Shown here: positions 15,195 through 26,900 of the stretch, one piece after another | Numbering within the stretch: position 1 is the stretch's first letter | Layout: the number at the start of each line of letters is the position of its first letter | DNA from: Rhizophagus irregularis | Lineage: Eukaryota | Length of the DNA stretch: 64,000 nucleotides | Assembly: GCF_026210795.1 (NCBI RefSeq) | Contig: NC_089433.1 | Coordinates: forward strand, 372,001-436,000 | Direction of reading: 5' to 3' | The notes under the pieces: generated by a model | The model's database searches: none | Seen by the model: the letters and a program-made list of their open reading frames with translations, nothing else | Told to the model about the DNA's origin: nothing | Translations under genes and position numbers: made by a program

Positions 15195-17957
15195 TTAATA
15201 GGTATTAAATGTATTTACCAACTCATTTTGACTTGTCGTGTATTTTTTTTCCCATTTTGAAGCTTCATCCCTATTTTTTTGAGTACCTATACCATCTTTA
15301 TAACATTCAGCTAATTCACGTTGTGATAGTACAAATCCATTTTCAGCAGATTTTTTGTACAATTCAAATGCTTTAACTTGATGTTCTCGCAATAATTGCT
15401 GATTGGTCTCATTCATTTTTCGAATACCATCACCAGATTTGTAACAAGTTGCAAGAGAATATAAAGCTCTATTTAACTTTTCCTTACTCTCATTAACAGC
15501 ACGCTGAAAAAATTCAAATGCTTTGTCACAGTTCTTCACAACACCATTTCCATTATAATAACAATTTCCAGTCTCTAAGATGCCATTATAATTATTTTGT
15601 TTACTTGCATCTATATACCATTTAAAAGCTTTATCCATGTTTTCATTTGTTCCAAACCCCATTTCATGAAATTTTCCAACAATTACTTCATAATTCCGTA
15701 TAGTTTGATTATTATTAAGGCATTTAAAAATTTCTTGTGATTTTGACTCATAATTCTTTAAAACTTTAAAGAAGGAAAAACTTTTTGTTTCTCCAATGCT
15801 ATTATGTTTTAAATAAGCTTCAATAATTTCATCTAATTCATTACGTGTGATTTCTCTTTCAATGTCATTAATGAGAGATTTAATAGATAACGTAGTTTTT
15901 TCCTATTAAATTAAATATAATTTAAGTCAATTACTTTATTTTTTTTTTAAAAAAAAAAGAGTGAAAACAAAGGAAATTATATTTACCATTATGGTATCCT
16001 TGATATTATATGTTGGATTATACTCGCCATTATTTTCTAAAAACAGTTTGTACCATTTTAAGGCTTCTGTTTTATTCTGTTGTGTACCTTTACCTATTTC
16101 ATAAAATGTGGCTAATTTATATTGAGATGGTATAAATCCTTTTTCGGCAGATTTCTTATATAATTTGAACGCCTCATCAAATCTATTTTTTTCATTATCA
16201 AATTCATAACTAATTGCAAGAAAATATGTAGCTATATTTAACCCTTCATCAGAAGCAAGTTTATATGATTTTAACGCTTCTTTAAGATTTTTTTTAATGC
16301 TATATCCATAATTATAACAGTATCCAAGTTCAAATTGACCATTCAAATTATTTAATTTACTTGCCTTTTTATACCACTCAAAAGCAACAATTTCATTTTT
16401 ATATACACCAAATCCATCTTCATAAAAATATCCAACCATTACTTCATATTGTCGTATAGTTTGATTATTGATAAGATTACCAAAAATTTTATTTGATATC
16501 GATTTGTGCTTTTCTAAAATTTTTGGAAAAGAAAAATCTCTTGACCATCCAATATTATTTCTTTTTAAATAAGAATCAATGATTTCGTCTGTAGCATTAA
16601 TTATATTTTCTCTCTCATCCTCGTAAATTTTGGGCGTCAAAAATGAGGGTGATTCACCTAATGATATATAAATATTAGTAATATATTTTCAATGTTTTTT
16701 TTTAAAAAAAATAAATAAATATAACAAATATACTTACCTAATGGATTTTCAAGATATGATAATTTAAGATTGTTTTGGTCATATAAAATTTGACTATTTT
16801 TATCACTGTTATTTTTTTTAATCACATCTTCCATAATTTTAGGAAGATTATTATATTGATCCTCCAATATATTAAAAACTTCAATAACAGTTGGTCTTAA
16901 TTTTGGGTCATCATCCCAGCATCTCTGGTAGAGATTAACGTAAACTTTAGGTGTATTAATTATTGGTTCTTCTCTATATCCATTGGCAATTTTAAAAGTT
17001 AAAGCGGTATCCTTATGAGGTGAATTCTTAGAAAATGGAGGATATCCACTCGTTATTTCCCATAAGAGAACACCCAAACTATAGATATCAGACTTTAAAT
17101 CTCTGACATAATCACCATATTTATAACATTGTGGTTCGACATATGCCGGCATTCCATAAACTACCGAATTTGACGAACCATCGATGGTTAATTCCTTTGC
17201 TAATCCAAGATCCGCAATCATTAAAGTACCATTGTGGACCAGTATATTTTTTGCGTGCTATAAAAATAGAACAAAAATAATTTAATTTAAAACGTGAAAA
17301 TAATATGAAATAAATAAATTAGTATATATTACCAGATCTCTATGAATAATCTTTGTGGAGTGTAAGTACTTCAATCCACAAGCAATTTCTGATGCCATCC
17401 GAATTTTATCACTCCATTGGAGCGGCTTAAAATTGATTTTTAAATATTCTCTTAAATTTCCTTGATTCGCATATTGTAAGACCATTACATAATTGTTTGA
17501 TGTCGGATCTAAAAAAGATTTAGTTAATATCAGAACAAGATAACAGAAACTAACGAAAATTATATTTACCCCTTGTTATTCCATAAAATTGATTTATATT
17601 TGGATGAAAGCCAACTTTTCTTAAGATCTTTAACTATTTTTTTTTTTTTTTAAAAAAAAAATAATATAAGTTGTTTTTATTATTAAAACTTATTATAATG
17701 TAATATTAAAAAATTACCTCCTTAATAAATTTTTCCATATTACTTTTCACATTATTTTCATTATTTATTTCACTAATTGCTTTATTATTTGTAAGTATCT
17801 TTAACGCTATCTTAATTTTACCACTATTCCAATCAGCTCTGTTCACAATTCCGAACGCTCCTTCGCCAACTTTTTCCAAATTAATGAATTCATCATATCT
17901 AAAAAAATTTATATCTTCTTCTTCTATTTTCTTGTCAATCCATTCACTCGACGTCAT
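15195..17957 (-). CDS. TKL-like protein kinase with two tandem Sel1-repeat modules (6 exons: 17957-17718, 17633-17570, 17508-17333, 17257-16738, 16657-15987, 15902-15195)
   Basis: Same motifs and same first intron positions as the 4362-6482 gene (GEGAFG, IALK, IHRDL|HAKN, DLG, YVEPQ); two Sel1-bearing exons follow. Confidence 0.9.
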
Positions 17958-19849
17958 ATTTAAAAGAACATAAAAAAAAATATGGTCTGATTTTTTTTAT
18001 ATATTTTAAAAAAGGATAAAATAGGTAATAAGACTAAAAAGATTGAATAAATGAGTATTCGTTAAGTTATTTATAGCTATCCGGTATACAATTTGCCGAT
18101 CATTCCGGTTTATCAATGATATTTATCGCACAGATTAAACGGAAAAGCCTCGAACATCGATGTTTGTGGCACAGGCGCAGTCAATCTTTCATTAATAACC
18201 TAGAAATAGTAGTAAGTATGGTAGTATAAATGTGTAACAAACTATGTCCTCGTGATCAATAATATTTGTAAATATTTTGTAATAAAATCTTAAATCTTTT
18301 TTTTTAAAAAAGAAAAGTTTCGGTAAAATTTATAAATTTTCGGTCGAATTAATAAATTTTTGATCAAAAATTAGGAATAAATAAATATGACAAATATGTA
18401 AACATCATACTATCTCACATCTTTGGAATGTTTGTTGAGCAAAAAATTTAATTTAGTCTTTTAAAAATAATACCGTTTATTCATTACGCCACACATCTTG
18501 GTATCCTAGTACCAAATGCCAGATATGCAACTAATGCAACATTGTCGTATGACAACTACGATATGCATAATTTTAAATTGAATACAAGATTTCAAGATCA
18601 GATAAATTTTATTTTATTGGATAAAAAAAAGGACAAAATCTTCTTTATTTGGATAATTTCAGCCGATATTACATAATTCTGGCCCTGAAAAGATGCGTAG
18701 AGCTAATAGCAAATGAATGCCATTTGCCAATCTCTTGTTACCTATTTATATATTGCTCTATCTAATATTATTCAAATAATCATTATTATTTTAAAAAAAA
18801 ATAAATGTCTTATCCTTTGCAAAAATGAACAATGTTTTTTTGAGTTGCTGGAAAATTTTATACTTTGAAACAGTATTTAACCAAAATGGTTTATCAAAAT
18901 TTTAATCTAACATTCTAACATATTGCTTAACCCATAACTTGGATCGGATGGTGAGTCTGTGATAGTACTAATTGTCGTAATTATTTAGTCTATATTATAT
19001 CGTACTTCAATTTTTTATATATAAAAAAAATATTCGTCAAAAAGCCATCAAAGTCAAAGTCAATTTCGAATTACTACTATTTTTTTGGTTAAAAACCTTT
19101 TTTTTTTATTAACCTTTTTTTTTAAAATAAAAAAAATTGTCAAAAAAAAAATCGTGATGCTTTTATTTACTCATCTTTTGTTAGAAGCTTTTGTGCAACG
19201 AGTGTTCATATATCATTTTGTGAATCCCAAATTGTGAAACATTACTAAAGTTCTTTTTACTGTCCTTTTTACTAATATGGTTACAATAAATAAGTTACAA
19301 TAAATAAAACGCCCGCTAACGTACGGAAATTAATTTAGTAATATTGTATTACACAAAAAATTACAAATTACACAATAAAATTTTTATTATATAGTGATAC
19401 AGTGTAATCTTCAATCCGTAAAAAAGGACCAATAGAATGAAATAGCCCGATATTGATGAATATGTAGAAGATTTTCTTGCAACTATCAGATTATTACATC
19501 AATATTCTCATTCAAGAAATAATACTATAAAATTATAAAATTCAAAATATTCAAAGATTTATAATAAATAGTAAAACACTATTTATAATACTTTGTAATG
19601 TTGTAAACAGATTACACAAGACCATTTCCATTATTGAAAAAGGAGAACGGCTCACTTGAATTCTTACACTATTATCAGTATTGATCAAAAAATTTCTTTG
19701 CAATGGTTGAAATAGATGTCAATCAAATAATCAACGATTATGAGACATTTGACCAATCATTTTTTCTTTTATGTTTATTATCAAATTCGTACTTATCATT
19801 TTTTTAAGTTATATACATGGTAAATAATTAACCAAGTTGATAAAGGATT

Positions 19850-20305
19850 TCGAAATATTGGTTTGAAAATTTTTATTGTCGGGATCGTCAGGTACTCGGG
19901 TTATTCGGCTAGTCGGGTTATTAGAAAAGATAACACGGGTATACTTTACAGCTGATTTCATGAGACCTGGGACAAAATAAATTTTTGAACCCAACCGCCG
20001 ACCCGCCGATCCGGTTCAGTTGTTATTTATTTTACAAATCAAACTATCAAATCTGGATCACGTACCCAACTAAAAATACCAGATCGGCGGGTCGGCGGTC
20101 GGGTTTTAAAATTTATTTTGTCCCAGGTCTCATGAAATCAGCTGTAAAGCCTGTAATATAACATAATTACATTTATATAGTACATACAATTATAAATTAT
20201 ACTACGCCATCATATATATATATGTCAGTGTTATATATCTTTTTTAATAACCCGACTACCGACAATCCCGACAATAAAAATTTTCAAGTGTCCACTATAT
20301 TTCGA
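19850..20305. mobile_element. Nested inverted-repeat elements (outer MITE ~19850-20305; inner MITE ~19945-20148)
   Basis: Inner ~70-bp TIRs tttacagctgatttcatgagacctgggacaaaataaattt... match ...aaatttattttgtcccaggtctcatgaaatcagctgtaaa; outer TIRs gaaaatttttattgtcgggat match atcccgacaataaaaattttc. Confidence 0.75.
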
Positions 20306-20313
20306 ATTGTAAC

Positions 20314-20570
20314 CTAAAGTGCCTGGCCCGGCCCGCGAACTATTATTATTATAAAAACAAAAAAATGGGCCAACTTAATTTTGGCCAGTTTAATTTCGGC
20401 CAGAATTAAGACGGTTTGGCCAGAATTACGAAAATCCGGGTTTAACGAAAAATCATGTGCCGGCCCGGACCCAACCCGGGTGAATTTTGAAGTAAGTTTT
20501 CCAGTCCAAACCCGGATCCGAGTCCGGACCGGGTCCGGGCCAGGTCCAGGTCCCGTTTGCATACCTCTAA
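20314..20570. mobile_element. GC-rich MITE-like element
   Basis: Dense ccgg/ggccc/gacccg motifs in AT-rich context; right end cccgtttgcatacctcta reads TAGAGGTATGCAAACGGG on the minus strand, resembling a hAT-type end; left TIR not clear. Confidence 0.5.
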
Positions 20571-20904
20571 TTCCCGCTTTTTTAATTTTCTACAGTTAAC
20601 TGCTAAAATATTGTTAAATTGAATGAAATATATAAATGCAATGTATTAACACAATTCAAAAAGGTCGGAGTATGCTCGATTTAGTGTGATTTTATTGTGA
20701 TTCATAAAGCTATAAAAAAATTTAATCAGAAAAAAATTTATATTTTAAAATAATTTCTGTGACATGATCGACATCGAAATACTTTAATATGTAATGTTTA
20801 CATTTATGATTTTTGTGCTACCTGCTACTTGTACATTACAGTACTTGGGCGTATTATAAATAAAGATTTGTTATTTGAAAAAAATTTTGGGCTTTTTGAA
20901 AACA

Positions 20905-23900
20905 ATGTTTTCTCAGAATATACTTTTGACAAGAAATAATATTCTGAAATATTTAGAAACCAATTTTACAAATTGGACCAGTGGTAACGAAAAAATCAAT
21001 AATTTTATTCAAAAAAGGCAATTAGGAATTATTGTCAATGATGCTGATGTGGTGCTTGAATGGATACCATACAATCAGTTTAACGAAATTAAAGAGATAG
21101 GCGGAAATGGCCTTATAACAGTATATTCAGCAATATGGAAGGATGGTCCATTATATGAGAAAATTGATATGTGGAGTGAAAGTTATACAAGAGATTCAAA
21201 TAAAGAAGTTGCTTTAAAATATTATCATAATTCGCAAGAATCCATTGATTATTTAATAAATGAGGTATGAAATGTCTTTAAATATTTAAATTTTTTTTTT
21301 TTATTAATTAATATATTTACAGTTTCTTTTATTTAGGCTAAAAAATATCCAGCAAAATATGAATCATTTCAAGTATTACATGGAATATCTCAAAATCCAG
21401 ATACAAATGATTATATTTTAGTTCTAAATATTTCCATAAACGTAACAAATTGGATAAGTGGAGATGAAAAAATTGATGATTACATTCTGGAAAGGCAATT
21501 AAAAATTAATAACTATGATGATATAGTGCTTGAATGGGTACCATACAATCAGTTTAATGAAATTAAAATGATAGGCAAAAATGGTCTTATAACGGTATAT
21601 TCAGCAATATGGAAGGATGGTCCATTATACAAAGAGGATATATGGAGTAATTACATAAAAGATTCAAATAAAAAAGTTGCTTTAAGATGTTTACATAATT
21701 CACAAACATCCATTGTTTCTTTAATAAATGAGGTATAAAATTTCTTTAATATTTATAATATATATTTTTGGTGATGATCACCGGTGACTGAAATTATGAC
21801 AATCGACCAGCATTAAAAAAATATAGTGCCGGTAAAATTGATAATTCCGGCCAACGGTGATGATCACCCCTAAAAAAATTATTTTGAATTAGTATATTTA
21901 CATTTACAATTCCTTTTTATTTATGTTTAGGCTAAAAAATATCCAACCAAATATAGGGCATTTCAAGTATTGTATGGTATATCTCAAAATCCTGATACAA
22001 ATGATTATATTTTTGTTCAAAATAATTATACATGGAAAAGTGGAAATGAAAAAATTGATAATTTCATTCAAGAAAGGCAATTAAAAATTAATAACTATGA
22101 TGATATAATGTTTGAATGGATACCATACAGTCAGTTTAATGAAATTAAAGAAACAGGCAAAAATGGTCTTATAACAGTATATTCAGCAATATGGAAGGAT
22201 GGTCCATTATGTTTTAATAAACAATATGAAAATTATACAAGAGATTCAAATATAAAAGTTACTTTAAAATGTTTATATAATTCACAAGAATCCATTGATT
22301 CTTTAATAAATGAGGTATGAAAATTCTTTAAATGATTAATATTTTTTTTAATTAGTATGCTTACAATCTCTTTTATTTATATTTAGTCTAAAAAATATCA
22401 AATTAAACATAAAACTTTTCAAGTATTATATGGAATATCTCAAAATCCTATTACAAATGATTATATTTTTGTTCAAAATAATTATACATGGATAAATGGA
22501 AATGAAAAAATTGATGATTTTATTCAAGAAAGGCAATTAAAAATTAATAATGATAATGATCTAATTTTTGAATGGATACCATACAGTCAGTTTAATGAAA
22601 TTAAAGAAACAGGTAAAAATGGTCTTATAACAGTATATTCAGCAATATGGAAGGATGGTCCATTATACAAAGAGGATATATGGAGTAATTACATAAGAGA
22701 TTCAAATAAAGAAGTTGCTTTAAAATATTTACATAATTCACAAGAATCTATCGATTCTTTGATTAATGAGGTATGAAATTTCTTTAATGCTTAAATATTT
22801 TTTTTAAAATTACTTATATACAATCTCTTTTATTTATATTTAGGCTAAAAAGTATCCAATAAAATATAAATTATTTCAAGTATTATATGGAATATCCCAA
22901 AATCCTGATACAGGAAATTATATTTTAGTTCTTACATGGGCAAGTGGAAATGAAAAAATAGATGATTTTATTCGAAAAATGCAATTAAAAATAAACAATA
23001 ATGATAATTTAATTCTTGAATGGGTACCATATAGTCAGTTTAATGAAATTAAAGAAATAGGTAAAAATGATCTTATAACAGTATATTTAGCAATATGGAA
23101 GGATGGTCCATTAAATTGCAGTAAGTTGCATCATAAATATGCAAGAGAATCAAATAAAGGAGTTGCTTTAATATGTTTACATAATTCACAAAAATCCATT
23201 GATTATTTGATTAATGAGGTATGTAATTTCTTTAAATGTTTAAATAATTTTTAATTAATATATTTACAATCTCTTTTAATTACATTTAGGCTAAAAAGTA
23301 TCCAACAAGACATAAAGCATTTCAAGTATTGTATGGAATATCTCAAAATCCTGATACAGGAGATTATATTTTTATTCAAAATAATTATATATGGACAAGT
23401 GGTAATGAAAAAATTGATAATTTTATTCGAGAAAAGCAGTTAAAAACTAATAATAACAATGATTTAGTATTTGAATGGATTCCATACAGTCAGTTTAATG
23501 AAATTAAAAAAACAGGTAAAAATGACCAAATAACAGTATATTCAGCAATATGGAAAGATGGTCCATTATGTAAAAAGAGTATATGGAGTAATAATTATTC
23601 TAGAGATTCAAGTAAAGAAGTCGCTTTAAAATGTTTATATAATTCACAAGAACCCATTGATTCTTTGATTAATGAGGTATGAAATTCTTAGACATTTAAT
23701 ATTTTTTTTAATTAATATATTTACAATCTTATTTGATTATATTTAGGTTGAAAAATATCTAATAAAACGTAATGCATTTCAAGTATTGTATGGAATATCT
23801 CAAAACCCTAATACAAAAGATTATATTCTTGTTCTTATATGGGCAAGTGGAAATGAAATAATTGATGATTTCATTCAAGAAAGTCAATTAAAAATTAATA

Positions 23901-26900
23901 ACTATAATGATATAGTATTTGAATGGATACCATACAATCAGTTTAATGAAATTAAAGAGACATGTAAAAATGGCTTTATAACGGTATATTCAGCAATATG
24001 GAAGAATGGTCCATTATGCAAGATGGATAGATTAAGTAATAATTATACTAGAGATTCAAATAAAGAAGTTGCTTTAAAATATTTGCAAAATTTACAAGAA
24101 TCTGTTGATTCTTTAATAAATGAGGTATGAGATTTCTTTGAATATTTAAATACTTTTTTTTAATTAGTATATTTACAATCTCTTTCATTTTAATATATTT
24201 AGGCTAAAAAATATCCAACAAAACATAATGCACTACAAGTATTGTACGGAATATCTCAAAATCCTGATACAGAAGATTATATTTTAGTTCTTATCTGGAC
24301 AAGTGGAAATGGAAAAATTGATGATTTTATTCAAGAAAGGCAATTAAAAACTAAAAATTATTATGATATAGTGCTTGAATGGATACCATACAACCAGTTT
24401 AATGAAATTAAAGAAACAGGCAAAAATAGTCTTATTACAGTATATTCAGCAATATGGAAGGATGGTCCAAAATACAAAAATAATAGATGGAGTAATTACA
24501 TGAGAGATTCAAATAAAAAAGTTGCCTTAAAATGCTTGCATAATTCACAAGAATCCATTGATTCTTTAATAAATGAGGTATGAAATTTCTTAAATACTTT
24601 TTTTAATTAATATATATATATTTACAAGCTCTTTTATTTATATTTAGGCTAAAAAATATCCAACAACACATATAGCATTTCAAGTATTGTATGGAATATC
24701 TCAAAATTCTAATACAGGAGATTATATTTTGGTTCTTATATGGACAAGTGGAAATGAAAAAATTGATGATTTCATTCAAGAAAGGCAATTAAAAACTAAA
24801 AATTATAGCGATATAGTAATTGAATGGATACCATACAATCAGTTTAATGAAATTGAAGAAACAGGCAAAAATGGCCTTATAACAGTATATTCAGCAATAT
24901 GGAAGGATGGTCCAAAATACAAAAAGGATAGATGGAGTAATTATATGAGAGATTCAAATAAAAAAGTTGCTTTGAATGTTTATATAATTCACAAAAATCT
25001 ATTGATTCTTTAATAAATGAAGTATGAAATTTTTTTAAATATTTAAATACTTCTTTAATTATATATTTACAATTTCTTTTATCTACATTTAGACCGAAAA
25101 ATACCTAATAAAACATAATGCATTGCAAGCATTATATGGAATATCTCAAAATCCTGATACAGGAAATTATATTTTAGTTCTTATTTGGACGAGTGGAAGT
25201 GAAAAAATTGATGATTTCATTCAAGAAAGGCAATTAAAAGTTTATAATGATAATGATATAGTGTTTGAATGGATACCATACAATCAGTTTAATGAAATTG
25301 AAGAAACAGGCAAAAATGGTTGTATAACAGTATATTCAGCAATATGGAAGGATGGTCCATTTCATTATAATAATTGGACAAAAAAATATGATAAATTTGA
25401 AAGTAATTCAAATAAAAAAGTTGCTTTAAAATATTTATATAATTCAAAAGAATTCATTGATGTTTTAATAAATGAGGTATTAAACTTCTTTAAATATTTA
25501 AATACTCCTTTTATTAATTAATATATTTACAATCTTCTTTATTTATAATTAGGCTAAAAAATATCCAACAAAACATAATGCATTTCAAGCATTGTATGGA
25601 ATATCTCAAAATTTAGTTACAGGAAATTATATTTTGGTTCAAAAAGATTTTATAAACTTTGCAAATTGGACGAGTAAAAATGAAAAAATTGATGATTTCA
25701 TTCAAGAAAGGCAATTAAAAGTTAATAATTATAATGATATAGTGTTTGAATGGATACCATACAATCAGTTTAATGAAGTTGAAGAGACAGGCAAAAATAG
25801 TCTTATAACAGTATATTCAGCAATATGGAAGGATGGTCCATATTGGCATGATGATGAAAATTATACTAGAATTTCAAATAAAAAAGTTGCTTTAAAATGC
25901 TTACATAATTCACAAGAATCCATTGATTCTTTCATAAATGAGGTATAAATTTCTTTAAATACTTAAATATTTTTTAATTAGTGTATTTACAGTCTCTTTA
26001 TTTATATTTAGGCTAAAAAATATCCAACAAAATATAATGAACTACAAGCATTGTATGGAATATCTCAAAATCCTGATACAGGAGATTATATTTTAATTCT
26101 TATCTGGACAAGTGGAAATGGAAAAATTGATGATTTCATTCTAGAAAGTCAATTAAATATTAATGATTATAATAATATGGTGCTTGAATGGATACCATAT
26201 AATCAGTTTAATGAAATTGAAGAAATAGGCAAAAATGGTCTTACAATAGCATATTCAGCAATATGGAAGGATGGTCCATTATACAAAGAGGATATATGGA
26301 GTAATTACATAAGAGATTCAAATAAAGAAGTTGCTTTAAAATATTTACATAATTCACAAGAATCTGTTGATTCTTTAATAAATGAGGTATGAAATTTCTT
26401 TAAATATTTAAATACCTTTTTTTAATTAATATTTACAATCTCTTTTATTTATATTTATTTAGACTAAAAAATATCTAACAAAATATAAAGCATTTCAAAT
26501 ATTAAATGGAATATCTCAAAATCCTGATACAGGAGATTATATTTTTGTTCAAAATAATTATATATGGACAAGTGGAAATAAAAAAATTGATGATCTGATT
26601 TATGAAATGCAATTGAAAATGAATGATCATAGTGATGTAGTATTTGAATGGATACCATATAATCAATTTAATAATATTAAGAAAATAGGAAATGGTGGCT
26701 TTGCTATAGTATATTCTGCAAATTGGAAAAACGGTCCATTAGAATATTATACAAATAAAAGTATATACAAAAGGAATCCAAATATAATGGTTGCCTTAAA
26801 ATGTTTGCATAATTCACAAAATATTAGCAACAAATTTTTAAATGAGGTATTATTTTTTTTAAAAATCATTTATAATAAAAAAATTCTTATTTAAACATAA

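Noticed and set aside
20314..20599. Pro/Gly-rich ORFs on both strands
   Set aside because: They lie within a GC-rich MITE-like repeat.
20875..26894. Treating each listed ORF as a separate small gene, or the array as CRISPR-like repeat/spacer or a DGR
   Set aside because: Units are bounded by consistent GT/AG sites and join in frame; variable parts are coding loops; no cas or reverse transcriptase gene and no adenine-specific template/variable pair is visible.
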